This document shows positions 1-13,539 of a stretch of 64,000 bases of DNA, piece by piece. Each line of letters opens with the position of its first letter. The stretch's first letter is position 1. Below the pieces are notes generated by a model. That model was given only the letters and a program-made list of their open reading frames with translations, ran no database searches and was not told where the DNA came from. Origin of the DNA: Marsupella aquatica. Its lineage: Eukaryota; Plantae; Marchantiophyta. The translations under genes were made by a program, and so were the position numbers. The stretch covers positions 2,657,324-2,721,323 of the forward strand of contig OZ316891.1 of NCBI GenBank assembly GCA_973895155.1, in the 5' to 3' direction.

Positions 1-3000
1 TCGTCAATTTTCGCTGTCTAAAACCCGTTGAGTGTATAACTTGAGGTCAATTGAAAACAAAGACCAATTGTCTACCGCTCATAGTGAGTGTCTTGAGTGT
101 CTTGCTTGCAGGGCTTTTCATCACTACCGGAAGGACAAGTCGAAAAGGACCATCAAAAAGCATCCAGAGTTAGAGAAGCTTCTGGCTGAGGAGTTCCAGT
201 CAATTGAGGACTTCAAAAGGGCTAAGGAGAAGCTAGCACAAGAGAATAAAGGGAAAGATGCGAGTGGTAGCGTCAGTGCCATTAGAGACAGTGGAGAAGC
301 AGGAAGTTCATCGCAGTCACTATCAACTGCCCAATCACTGATGTCTGTGAGTGCCACATCCTCAGCATCTATTGCGGTATCTTAAGTGTAGCCAATAGAT
401 GGAAAGATTTTTTCAATGTAGTTAAGGATATCAAACAGACCATCTTTTCAGTATATTCTGGCCAACTACAGAAAGGAGTCTCTTAGAGATTGATGAACGT
501 GCCAAGGGAGCACATGAAAGGCTAAGTGTCTTAGCCTAGCGTTTATAAATGAGCTGGCCACACATTAGTGGCAAGTTTGAAAAGGTCTACTGAAAGTGGA
601 GTGTCCATAGGGTCTGTCATGTATCACTCCCACTTCACTTGCCATAATTTTCGCATTTATCTGTAGAAGCTGCTAGATGAAATACATTTCTGCTATCTCA
701 AATTGGGATGGGTAAGGTCTGTTGAGAAATCCATCTGTTGGGATATGAGCATCAAGTGTAGGACATGTTTCCAAGAAAAAGTAGAGCTCTCAGGATTCGG
801 CTTTAGGTAGGTGTAATTAGGAATTTTTTTGAGAACCTCCAAGAGGACAACGGGTTGGTAATGAGTCCTTATGGATGCGGGCAACTGATGAAGAAACGCT
901 CCTTTATAAGATGTGAATTGTGTTTCACTAGTTGGACAGCAGCGTCGTCTGTGATCGCTCTCAAAACTGCAATGAGTTTTGTGTGCCTCATGGCATGTGT
1001 GGTGTCCACTATTAGAAATGAGGGTAGAGACTTCGCAGTTATGCATACCCGTGTTACTCCTGCTGAAACAAAGTTGAGGTGTTTGGCAGAGAAGCGCTGC
1101 CACAAATGGGCAGATGTACTTAATTTGAGAGGTAGCCTGACATGTTAGTAAGTTGTGAATGGTTCTTTATCTTGATGATATGCTGTTAGTCTTTTGAGCG
1201 AGTACCTGGACGATTGTTCTCACTTTTTGGTGCGACCAATCTAACGGACAAAAATAATTCCACTGTGCAATAATTGATTGCTCTTCACCAGTCATCTTGA
1301 AATGAGTTCTGTAAATTGTAATGCTTCTATCGTTATGTGATCTAGTCAGCTCTCTAAAATGTTTTTTAGGCGAGGCACTTACTATATGAGTGTCATTGAT
1401 ATTTGGTTGAGCATTCTGTGAAGATTGGAATTCGATGTAACACAACTGGTAGCGGGATGTGAGTACTACGTTACTCGGACTGTTGATTTAATATTAGTGC
1501 TGGCGCAGCTCTGTCATGGCTCTACTATGCCACTTACTTTGGAGTACGGTTGGGCCATTTACGTTTTGTTTTCAAGTACGAATGTTTTGATAAGTTTCTG
1601 AAGGCTGCCTGGAGTTGAGTAGCCACTAATTATACCGAGATGTTTTGGCTCTGAGCTTCCTTTACTTCATTTTTTGGGCAAATTATGTTAGATTAGTATA
1701 GTATTTCTGAAAGCTGAACGAGAACGAATGCGGAAATGCATTGCAAAGTCCACCCAGCCGTCCTGGTACTTAGTACATCAAAGGGCCAAATGGAGAGCCT
1801 AAAAAATTGGATTTCAATGCACAAATCTTGGAATGATAGTCACCTTCTATAGTCACACCATCCATGCATTACTCTCTTGCAAATATATTGCTTACAGCGG
1901 AGGAAAAATAGTCAATCAAGCACTGTAATATGTAATCCTGCGTCTGCTTTAGAACTTAAATGGATAGAATAAGATCTACTCATTGTTACATTCTAGAGTT
2001 TTTTTGGGTCACAGTTTGATTGTCTGCTTCAAAACTTCAATGGAGTGAATAAGATCTAGCCATTATATCAATACTTGACGAAAACTCCCATATTAGAAAG
2101 CTATAGACATTCATGATCTCCTTAGTACTCAAAATCTCACATGGAATTTGTCAATATGAGACTCAATATTGAGAAATTAGAAAAAAATTATGAATTTATG
2201 ATCTTTGTAAGACTTGACACAATCTTTGAACGTCACACTCATTGGAAAGGTAGAGAGATTCAGAAACTCATTTGGTACTTGACAAAATTTGCCAAATAAT
2301 GTGACTTATTGGAATTCTAGAAAAATTGACAAACTCATGATCTCCTTGTACATGAAATGAAGAGATCTGCCAATGTGATGCTCATTGAAAACTATGAGAA
2401 ATTCTGAAAATTATGATCTCTTTTCTTGTTTATCTCTCAATAAAACCTTTTCTGCTAAACATTTACAAGCATTTTAGAAAACCTGAAAATGAATCTATTG
2501 GCAGATTTTGTTATTACTAATGAGATCATGGGCCCTAGATTAACCTAACCATTAGGTTATCATGAGTTTGAGAAATTGGTTGAGGGCCATTTGGACTTAA
2601 ATTTCCAAGTGACCTACCATAAGATGTTGAGAGGAATGAAAATGAGAAAATGAAACTCCTCGTATTGGAAGATGTGGTTGGGTTCATAATTAGACAATGG
2701 TTTGGAGACAAATATGAGATAAATATTGGCAACATGAAAAGGATCCAAGATTAAAGTAGATTGAGGCAATTAGCTTCCATAATCATGAAGGTATCACCAA
2801 TTCAAAATAGGGGGAAGCACGATGAACACTAATATAGAGATCAAAATTTATTCCAATTTGCTCAGTGATTCTCTTTCAATGATTCTCATCACATAATCAT
2901 ATGGTCACATATGAGTCATGAAACAAGGCACATAACTTTGATACAACCTTAAAAATATTTTTGATTATCTATTTCTCATTGAATTTAAATATAGTTATGG

Positions 3001-4341
3001 GAAGATGGGGTCCACAAACTAACTCTTGAATGCATAACAAATACGATGGTACATGTGATATGCCTATACCCACATAATTTATCTTATTCAAATCTCTCTC
3101 AGCTACTATAAATTAAAAACAGGGCCATTTATAGAATTGATCAAATCCAAAAATGTTGATTTTCTGGCAGGTGTTGGGACCAGTCTCAAACTAAGGTGAC
3201 TTAACTTAAAAATGGGCTTTTAGCCAAGGTAGTGAACCAAAAGTTTCCCACAACTACCGACCAAATAAATCAGGGAACAGTTTTAGTGTATAAATGATTT
3301 TTAAAGCTAAGCAACTAGAACAGGAGAACAAGTGTCAAGTAAACCACAACTCCTGGTACAAGAGCCTCTTGGAGGGCTCCAGGCTATCTGTGGTACCCTA
3401 AAACCTTTTCCTCCTTTGAAGTGTGCCAAGGGCTCCCTGTACCCTCCAACAGCCATTGGATTTCCACTTGGCAATGCCACCATCCAATGCAATCAAGAGC
3501 TAAAAAATGGTCTCTTTGAGATCTACATATTGTAAAACTTTAAGCCAAACCTTTGGAATATTAAGTGAGAAGAAAAGAAAGACAAATCCTTTGATTTTTT
3601 TTATAATTTTAATTTTAGAAGGGGGAGTGAAAAAACACCTTTGTTGTGGATAGTTTTCATGTGAATGCTGGAGCGGGTGCTGTAGTTGGGATACTAAAGT
3701 TTGTGAAATGATTTATAAGAGAAAATTTGTAGGTCATCATTTAAAAATGCATTTTTTCCATACTACCCTAAATGAATTTTCACCCATTTAATATTTAAGT
3801 TTATTAATTCATTCTGAAGTGTATTGATTTTGTACTATTAAGTTTTAGCTATTCTAAGAGCAATTTTCCTTCACTCTATTCTGTTTTTTGCATTTGCATT
3901 GAAAGTAATATAACCATTTGAAAAACATCAACTTAATTATAAAATAAATTAAAAATCTTCTAGAATTTATTTGGTTTAGTCACTCTCCATCCCCATGGAC
4001 TGCCTAAAGTAAGTAGCTAGTTTGCACTTGATATAAAAACATTGCATTAATGTGGCATGGCCGGGAGTTGAAGAGTCTTTAACGGAACAAACACTCATGA
4101 CTCCTTGCGCGACCGAAAAAAAAGTAGTCAATTTTGGGACCAAAAACGAATTTTTGGATGATCAGTCATTGTTCCTCTTGGGAATTGGTGGATTTCAAAT
4201 TCCTGAGATCTTCGCCATCCATTTTTGTTTGAATGTAGCAATCTTATTTGTCCACTTCAGCAAGATCTTGGTTCGGTTTTTTTTCAAATAGAAATATAAA
4301 TAATTTTAAATATAACTAATTATTTATAACGAATGTAAATA

Positions 4342-4673
4342 TGATTAATGTCAATAATTTACCTAAGAGTAAATGTCTAAAGTTATGACTCTAATCGTAA
4401 TTTAGGCTAACCTTAGTCTCGGACTTGCATGGTTAGGCTAGTCAAAGTGTACACTATATCCCTAAGAAGTGTTTGGTTGCATAGGAAGAAGTCAACTCAT
4501 TCTTACGGAGCTAGTTGAGAGATAATCAGAACGTGTATTGAGGAGACTTGATATGGTGGACAGACCTAGGGTGCAGTAAAACTTTAGTTGAGGTGAACCA
4601 TATATTTCTTTGTGTTAACCACTTGTGCATTGGATGATCATGTGCTTGTCGTGAATGTCATCTTTGCACATCA
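4342..4673 (+). mobile_element. Degenerate solo LTR, same family as 41071-41414 and 61728-62073
   Basis: Shares blocks with the other two copies (AGGCTAACCTTAGTC, CATGGTTAGG, CTCATTCTTACGGAG, GTGCAGTAAA, GAGGTGAACCA). Termini TGAT...ATCA. Flanks AAATA/AAATG are a 4/5 TSD match. Confidence 0.7.
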
Positions 4674-4844
4674 AAATGTGACAAAATGCGGTGTACTATC
4701 ATAAACATTCTAATTGAGTTTATCATGGTATGGAGTGATATCTTACATCTTTGTCTTGGCCAATCACTTCTGGCATGACCCTTTAAGTTCAATTTTCTAA
4801 TTCATGAATTCACTTTTGCTATCCATTACCAAAAAATCACTCAA

Positions 4845-5211
4845 TTTGCAGCTGGTTTCAATCACCTTATCGGAACCGGGTTTCTTGGTATCTTGATGAC
4901 TTGACTACGTTGAACCTGAAAGACGTCAAGACGTCATGTCGTTACTCCATATCACCATGGTAGTCAAAGTAGTAAACTCCAATCTGTTTGCAGCCGGTTT
5001 CAATTACATTAACGAACCTATTTTTCATGCCATTACTCAATATCACCATGGTAATCAAAGTTCATAACTGCAATCTGTTTGCAGCCGATTTCAATTACAT
5101 TATCGAACCACTTTTCTTGGTATTTTGACAATTTGACTACCTTGAACCTGAAAGACGTCAAGACATGGTGCCATTACTCAATATCACCATGCTAATCAAA
5201 GTAGTAAACTG
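4845..5211. repeat. Degenerate tandem repeat, three units of about 143, 90 and 134 bp
   Basis: TTTGCAGC.G.TTTCAAT and ATATCACCATG.TA.TCAAAGT each occur three times; TTGAACCTGAAAGACGTCAAGAC occurs twice. Confidence 0.85.
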
Positions 5212-5430
5212 TGATCCCCAACGGGCTCCTTTTTCTTTTTGGTGTAAAAAGCTCCTTTTTCTTTTTGGTGTAAAAGCGACTAATCCCTGTAAGGAGTCCA
5301 TGGGGATGGGCAGGGACAATGTCTTGGTCCATCCTGGTACATCCGGGCTTTTGTTGCTTCCCCAAACTCAGATGGCACTGCGCTAATGCACTTTCGTCGA
5401 ACGCCAGTGTCGTCCATTCTGTGGCAGCAA

Positions 5431-5473
5431 CACTCCACTGCACTCCACTGCACTCCAATCCACTCCACTCCAC
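5431..5473. repeat. CACTC/CACTG pentanucleotide microsatellite
   Basis: cactccactgcactccactgcactccaatccactccactccac read directly. Confidence 0.85.
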
Positions 5474-6278
5474 TTCGATGGTTTGTGCTCGATCGCCTCC
5501 CCTCAATCTGTCTCTTGCAACCCCAGCCCCATCAGATCCTCGTCACATTCTGTGTCTGTCTCCCTTCGAAACGCCAAGAGACAAAGCTATCGATAGAGCT
5601 CCTGATGAAGCAATCTAGTAGCTGCACTGTAGATCAACGACCGCACGAGCGGCTCCACGCCGTGAACGGATGGGCTGCTGTAGACTAGACGGAATCAATT
5701 CGCTAAACGGAAAGGAAACGGAGCTCGGATCGGGATTTCGGAAATGGAGGAGTAATGGTGTTGGTTGGAGCCTGATGATTCCCCGCTGTTGTTCTTCTGC
5801 TGCCAATTCTGTCCCCTCCGAGACGACGCGGCGGTACCAGACGAGACGAGCGGAGAGAAGAGGAGAGGACAGGAGAGGAAGGTGGAGAAGTTGGTGCGAC
5901 GGATTGTAAATCCGACGAAGAATTGCTCGGAGGAGAAATGTGAAGCCGCAGAGCTTCTGTAGCTGAAACGGAGCAGCAATCTTTGTTTAGGCCGTACGTT
6001 TCTGGGACCGTGTTTCCTGGTTCGCTGTCCGTTGTGGAGTGAATTGCCTGTCAATTGAGAGCAACCATCTACGGGTTGTGCGAATCTACAGGAGTTTGAA
6101 GTGATGGTGAAGAGGAATTGGAGCAAACGGCGATGAAGCGCAGGGGGACGCAGCTGAGCAGGAGGCAAAGATTAGCTTAGGCTTTGAATCAAGAGCTCGT
6201 TCGGTTCTTGAATTTAGGAAGGAGGGAGAGAGGGAGGGAGATACGTCGCTGCGTAGTTGGTGATACAAAGAGCCAATT

Positions 6279-9200
6279 ATGCCCGTCTTTAAGACTGGTG
6301 CCTTCAATGGCTATTCGGTAGGTAATTTGAGACTTCAACTGAGATAGTTGAGTGGACTCGCTTTACTTTGAGAGGAAATTAATTACTGCGTCGAGGGCTA
6401 GCGAACGAACGAACGAACGAATTAACTAAAGAATGAATTAACGACCGAACGTTGAGGTAACTAAGCCAGAACCGAGAGACAGAGGAGGGAGAATCAACGA
6501 TCTTTCAGGTCCAGGTCCGTAAAATTAGGCGAGAGATAGCAGTCTTTGGTCTTCTAGTGGAAGTGTCCGAATAGTTTTTTGCAGGCCTTGATGGGTGCTG
6601 GAGGGAAAGGGTTCTCCGGGCGTGTCTTCGTAGTAGACACAGAGAGAGAGCAAATGAAATGTTTTCCAACCCCACAGATTTCTCCAGTTGGAGAGAGGGG
6701 CAAGAAAGACAAGAGGGCAAATTTGCATGAAGGAATAATGTTGACCTAAGATATTTGGTAAGGTGCAATAATTTCTTCGGTAGAGCACAAATTTCTTCGG
6801 TGAACTCTCGAGGGCTGTATCGAACACTGAGTAAGGTTCGTGGATGCTGGGTTGTCTTTTGGCAGGTCAAATTCAGCCCATTTTTAGAACATCGGCTGGC
6901 CGTGGCCACTGCACAGAATTTTGGAATTATTGGAAATGGCCGCCAATACGTTCTAGAGGTATGTTCTCAGCCCATTCTTTTGCATTTGATCCCGAAAGTT
7001 GCCTCGTAGATTGAGGATGGAATTAGGTCTTTTCTGGGTGTTTCCAGTATTTGCATATAGTGACTGTCGAGTTGAGACTTTTTGACTGCGTTTTCTGTTG
7101 TACATCAGACTCATTGATTGCTTAGATCCCATCAACTAAGACTTCGCAATTCTACAGAACCAGTTTTGTTGTGAAATTCAGCAATCTGTATCAAATTCTG
7201 GCCCGCTAGATGATTTGTATTTCATAGATGGTGAATGGTTTCCGTATTGGGGTACTTGTTCTACAAATATATTTAATATCTGGGATTCTTGTTCATATGC
7301 ACAAGGGGAATCACAACTAATTATCAGCTTTCATTTGATCTTGGTGGTTTGGGATCGGTTGCAGTTAACACCAAATGGAATCGTGGAGGTTTGCTCGTTT
7401 GATACTTCAGATGGACTTTACGATTGTGCATTTTCTGAGGTATGTCCTCATCTTAGTCTCTCAAGAACCGATTTCTTCTTCTTCTTCTTCTTCTTCTTCT
7501 TCTTCTTCTTCTTCTTCCAGGGAAGAGAGTGTGCCAGATCAAGAGTGGTGAATAGCATTAAACCTCTGCAGCAAAGAGGCTTATCACGAAAAGGGGAAGC
7601 TATAGTTAGTTTGAAACGAGGTCAAGCAGGGTCACGTCAGTCCTATTTGCACTGTGAAGAGAATTTAGAATAAAGCTTGAGACTGGTAAAGTTAAGTGCT
7701 CGGAGGGTAACATAATTCGGCCATATAAATCGCAGATATAAAGAGATTCTGATCAAAGTGTCATCGAACTGAGCTATCCATGACGACAAACACGTAGTGG
7801 TCACTCTTCTAATTTTTCGTGGCTAAGGTCCTCGATTGTGGATTTAGGGCCAGTTTATGAGACTTCTCTATATCACCATGAACGCAAGGATTTTTACTAA
7901 TGATCATGATCGAAGAAGTTAGAATGTCGTCAAGGACTCCCCTGTATGCATCTCATTCTGCGTGACATTTCGAAGGTTTCAATATGGACAGCTGGCGTAC
8001 AGCTGAGCCCTACTTCTGGTTCTCTACGCCAGATGGGAAGGCTCGTCAGGAAGCCTGATGGTTATTTTTCTTAAGATTTTTCTCAAGTCAATTTCACGGA
8101 TCTTATTTTGAAATCGATCACGACAAGTTTGCCACCTTGAGAATGCAAGGCGTCAGCACAGACCTGATAAGAAAATTGTTGTTCCACTTGCTCAGGAGAA
8201 CGAGAATATTGTGATTTCCGGAAGCGGAGATGGGAGCGTAAAAGTATGGATTCGAAGACTCCTCTTCTTTTAAGAGATACTTCTCTACTTTCTACGTCAA
8301 GTAATGGGGCTCATTTTGACTCCCACGAGTGAACGGGAATAATGACAATGCTTGTTGATGACGGTTTTACAGGTGTGGGATATTGCCGTTCCTCCTAGAG
8401 GAAATCCAATCAGGAGTTTAGAGGAACATAGCCGCGAAGTGTAAGCTCTTTCCTTCTCTTTTTCCATTGCCTGGATTTGTTCCCATTGGTTTGAAAGAAT
8501 TCCCCTCCGACTTATTTGGCACTAACATGGAAGAAATTAAGGCCAAACTACCAGCCTCAAGCAGGGCCTCTAGTTGTTAGTTATAATAGTTCTATGACTG
8601 ACACATCAGTTGGATGGCAGTACTGAAAGAAACTCTATCACAACTCGTCTGACCTGCATTTCTTTGTCAAAGGGAGCTTTAATTGCCTTTTCACCAAAAC
8701 CAAGATGTCAACGTAAATTATTGATTCGATTGTTTTCGGCGCAGATATTCGGTGGACTGGAACACTGTGAGAAAAGATTGCTTCTTAAGCGGGTCATGGG
8801 ACGATACCATAAAGGTGAGTACAATACTCTGTCATGATTAAGGGTTTGTTCTTGAAGTTGTAGGTGGACAATGTCGTTAGGACTCTTGATGAATGCTCAG
8901 TCCGAATTGTGGCAACCTATTACAATTTCCTCTGTTTCTCAGTCGCATAACTGCCTTCGGTTCCGATGACCGAATCAGTTTCGTATGTACAGTGTAATGC
9001 CTTCCTGATACTTCGATCTCTTACTAATATGCGGTGATCATTCATCTGGTCGATGACCCAAAAGATGATTGTGGTCTCTGTGTATACTTTATAGATCTTG
9101 GAGATGGATGAATATGGACCGTATAGAAGAGATGAATGGAATTGTAAACCATGAAGGTTTCAAGCCAAAATGGATCCTGACAATAACTCAGATTTTCGTC

Positions 9201-10416
9201 AGGAAAAACATGTGAATCTAATTGTGCAAATCAAGTCTGAAAGCCCGTGCAAGCCCAGCGCGTTTTGGTGATGTGCCATCCTGGTTCACAGTCCAAAAGT
9301 TCCTCACCAAGCGTTCGAGCATCAAGTAACCATTGGCAGAACTGAAGTTGTTACTTGAAGCTCCAGGGCTGAGTACGAACTTTTGGACTGTTTAAATATC
9401 AGAGGAACCCCTAAATTAAAGTTCTTCTCTAATCGGACTGAACTTTTGTGTAGCACAGAACATGCCTTGCGAACTCTAATACTTTCTGGACTGTGCATAC
9501 GATTAATCTAGTGATAATTTTGAAATTTGTGTCACTGATTTGGGTCTTGGACATGGTGACTGACATGGAACTCTGGTCATCTCGCCTCAGCTGTGGACGG
9601 TTGACATGCTACAGTCAGTGCGGACATTTAAGGAGCACTCATACTGTGTTTACAGCGCTATCTGGTAATTTCCCGGTCGAATTAGATGCTGACGATTTAC
9701 CTGTCGAATGAATTCCAAGCAGTGCACAACATCTGAGGACCCACAAGTAACTTTGAAAAAGTTTCCGTTAGGACTTAGGCTCCTGGTACATCGAAGCTAT
9801 CTTTCAATTGTATAGACAAATATTCCGTCTATAAATGTGAAGTCGTAATAGCATTTCTTGTCATCCCTACTCTTGGTGCCGCTGGCAAGACTGATCAATT
9901 TATCACTATTCATTTGTGTACTTTCTCAGGAATCCACGGCATGCAGATGTATTTGCATCGGCATCAGGTGACTGTACGGTTCGCGTCTGGGATGTTAGGG
10001 AGCCCCATGCCTCTCTCATCATCCCAGGTCACGAGTATGAGATTCTATCATGTGACTGGAATAAATATCATGAGACGATGCTTGTCACGGGATCTGTGGA
10101 TAAGTCTTTGAAGGTGTGGGATATTCGATTCCCAAGGAATGAGGTCGGACGTCTTGAGGGTCATACGTATGCTGTGCGAAAGGTTAAGTTTTCCCCTCAC
10201 CAGGAGAATCTTATAGCATCGTGTTCTTACGACATGACAGTATGTCTTTGGGATTTTCGTGCTCCAGAGGATGCCCTTCTCTTCCGCTACGATCACCATT
10301 CAGAGTTTGCACTTGGGATAGACATGAGCACACTTGTTGAAGGCCTTCTTGCAAGCACCGCTTGGGATGAAAGTGTTTTTGTGTGGCAACAAGGGATGGA
10401 CCCTCGTGCAGTGTAA
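6279..10416 (+). CDS. PEX7: Peroxin 7, PTS2 receptor (WD40), 317 aa. Exons 6279-6317, 6866-6958, 7365-7439, 8196-8243, 8373-8440, 8745-8814, 9591-9664, 9930-10416
   Basis: Spliced translation MPVFKTGAFNGYSVKFSPF...RLAVATAQNFGIIGNGR...SGSGDGSVKVWD...SGSWDDTIKLW...VRKVKFSPH...YDHHSEFALGIDMS...WQQGMDPRAV matches plant PEX7 end to end. All introns GT-AG, phases consistent, total 954 nt. Confidence 0.97.
7473..7517. repeat. (TTC)15 microsatellite in PEX7 intron 3
   Basis: Perfect TTC run, immediately followed by CAG. Confidence 0.95.
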
Positions 10417-11084
10417 CAGGATGAGGATGTATGGTATCCTTAACAGGTTGAGGTTGTGCTCAAAATTGAAACCCTCTTCTCAGCTCCAACAGTATTGTTA
10501 CACATGACCACAGATCATCGATGATAAACTGGTATTTTCTCCGAAGTAGGTTAGAAAATTGGTCATAGTGTCAGGCTCAGTACATGTGTCACAGGGCCTT
10601 GGCTTTCTAAATTTGGTCCCTATCGAGGGCTGAATTTTATATCTTCATCCTGCTGTAATTTGAAGCTTATGCCGATTTTAACTTCAAAGGTTGATATTGG
10701 TGGGCGATGCATATGAGGTAATCACTGGTGTCTTGTTATTATGGGTACCTCGAAAAGTATACCCTGTTCACACTTGCTTCCTGACCACATCTACCCGATT
10801 TATGGTAGCCAGAGTTTTACAGATTTTGATTTCGCCATTGCTATTTGTGACGGGCAATGGGCAATCACATGCAACTCACCTACATGCATCATACTTATCC
10901 TGAGCCCACAAGAATGTGCACCTATGTGAGCCTAAGACCCTAATGGCCTTTACCAACTTTGTACTCGTGGAATCACAGTCGAGAATGGAGGGCGTCAAAA
11001 TAACATTGACATGACCGCTGTCATATACATGTTCCGCAGTCGTAGGTTGTTGTGGGGTGCTTACATTAGTGACCCTAGGGCTGT

Positions 11085-11410
11085 TTGGGTTTTGGGGGCT
11101 TATTTGAGTTTCCCTTCGTACCTTACCTTTATTGGGTCGCCTGCTTTCGGGGCAGTGTCATTTCGTTTTTCTTACTGATATATTTAACCTGGGTGTCTCT
11201 CGTTGGCTTGTTTGGCAATGTGATATATATACCTTGGATTGTTTTTTACCTGATATATTCAACCTGGGTGTCTCTGGTTTGTTTGGCAGTGTGACATATA
11301 CTGTGGTTGTCTTTGGTTTTGCTTTTTTGGCAGAGTGATGGTTTTTTCCCTATTTACCGGACCTGGGGATTTTCTTTGTTTACCTAACCTTTATTGGGCT
11401 CCTGTCTTTG
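11085..11410. repeat. T/G-rich repeat-derived segment with an internal ~75-bp duplication
   Basis: CTGATATATT.AACCTGGGTGTCTCT...GTTTGGCA.TGTGA.ATATA twice; ACCTTTATTGGG twice. Confidence 0.6.
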
Positions 11411-11871
11411 GGTTGACAATGGAAAAAATAGAAACATTTGTGGCCGAGAGAATTATTGGATTGGGTGCGAATCCCAAAGCTATCCCATTCCACAATGGGG
11501 ATGCTATGTTCAAGAAACTTTTTTCAGTAGTCTAGTACCATGCGTTCTAAAGGACAGTACAGTAACCTAGCGATCTTATGCCTGTCGAATTGGCTTTTGT
11601 CTGTCGAATTGGCTTCCAGAACTGTAGAGACATCGATCCTAAGTACGTAGTGTGCCTGTTACATACGGATTACCTATCTCTCGAGACAGTTACAAAGCAA
11701 GTTCACTGTTCCAAAATCGGCTGCCTTTGACAGAAGCAGTGTTTGCTGCGTCTTGTAAAAGCTCTAAAATGGAATATCATTCAAGGTTATTTATTGCGTT
11801 TTCTAAATTCATCGTCAATGTCATAACACAGGGGAAGGCTGCATCTTAGCTTCACTCCCAGCATCCACACT

Positions 11872-11953
11872 TGCTGTGACCGTATAGCTACCATACAGAA
11901 TCGACCCAAGGATGCTGTGACCGTATAGCTACCATACAGAATCGACCCAAGGA
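11872..11953. repeat. Perfect 41-bp tandem duplication
   Basis: TGCTGTGACCGTATAGCTACCATACAGAATCGACCCAAGGA twice, no mismatch. Confidence 0.95.
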
Positions 11954-13539
11954 AGCGATACATAACCGAAGTTTGTGAACTCGAATTGGTTTTCCAAAGA
12001 CTCAGAAAACCATATACCAGCCCGTGTGAACGACCTTCGAATGTGTATATTGTGAACACGGTGCTCAAAACACTTAACCATTTCCGTAACACTTGTGAGA
12101 TCCATATCAGGGGCCTTGCAAAAATCCCGCCTCCAATCCTCATCCGCCCTACTGCCCACATCTCTTCGGATTTCATTGCAGCGATCGTAATTACCGCACG
12201 GCCATCTCAGGAGTTGGTGAGGTAGAATTAAATCCATTCGATGCCATCCTCAATAAAAGCAGAAGTGACGTATAGCCCTAAAAGAAATTTCTGTCCAGGT
12301 TCTCACGATATCCGTAAGACCTCATCAAACGTTCTGCCACAACGCATTCCCAACTTTTCCATAAAACTTGGAAGAAAATATTTTCAAAAATTGTAACGAT
12401 CAGAGAGGTTACTACTTGGTTCACAGCAGAATAACACCACACCAACGCTCGTTTGAGACACGGGATGATGTCAGGGGTCTACTTCCCAAACGGAGTAAAA
12501 CTCATCAATGAGACCTCACGTTGTGCTCTAATGTTATCTTGGTTACGATGTCCTTTAGTAATCAGTTCTAATGATCAAGATCTTTCAAAAGACATTCAGG
12601 TTACTTCAGACTAGGCATAATCTTCAGCGTCCACTTGTAATCTTTGCTTGCTCGCGCTAAGCGGTCACTACAATGACCTGCTCCACCAGCACACTATGTT
12701 TGAACTCTGCAGGTCGAAGTACTGAGCACTGACACTGCATGCATCTCGGCAACCATTCTGTACCTAAGTAGCGTGATTACTGACAACAATAGTGATTGCT
12801 CCGTACGGAGAAACTTCTAGCTGAGAGCGTGCATCCCAGGAATGTTCTTTCCCCGCATCCTAAGTTGCAAAATCACAATCTTCATTTACATGCTTCGGCA
12901 GGCAAGACACCCGCCAAGGGGTTGCAAAATATATTCTTAGGAATAGATTAAAATTTCAAGACCGGCATCCATGTACTCAGATAGTCTTAGAACGTTACTC
13001 AAGCGATCCACAACAAGAGGAGCCATTCAACAGTGACTGCATCACAAAACTGCAGAAGGAACCAACTTGAATATCTGACTCAATTTTTTTAAATAAAGTG
13101 ACCCTGAGTAATAAGCCGTAGCACTTAACAGACATCTATAACAACGCATCATCTCCCACACCGCCCCTCTCCCTTTTTAAATTTCCTTCAGCAGTTGAAT
13201 TCGCCATTCATAGAGGCTCTGGAGGCAGAAATATCCATCCAGGCAATTCAACGCTTCAGATGACTAGGTGACAATCACTGTAAATTATTGATCCCCAAAA
13301 AGCCAACAAAGGGTTACATATCCACCAGGTCCAACAGATCCTCGGAATTGCGCATCCTATTCGACGAACGCCCAACACACGCACCTTCGAGAGTTTGGCC
13401 CAAATAAAACACAAACAGGGTGCATGACGGATTGGCCTCTGCACCACCAACTTTGCCAGAATCCTCCGACATCCCGCTACAGCCTTGAAATCCAAAGATT
13501 ATTCCAGACTGACTTGAGCTAACCCGTCTCAAAAAATCA

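Noticed and set aside
32-1445. Several 80-136 aa ORFs with coding-like composition at the window start
   Set aside because: No recognisable domain, non-ATG starts or interrupting stops. Possibly a TE or gene relic truncated by the window edge, but unassignable.
1960-2540. AT-rich region with recurring TCATGATCTC and GAATAAGATCTA words
   Set aside because: Probably an old degenerate repeat; no boundaries, TIRs or consistent unit length could be defined.
7215-7673. 152-aa ORF with poly-Phe
   Set aside because: It is PEX7 exon 3 read through intronic sequence and the TTC microsatellite.
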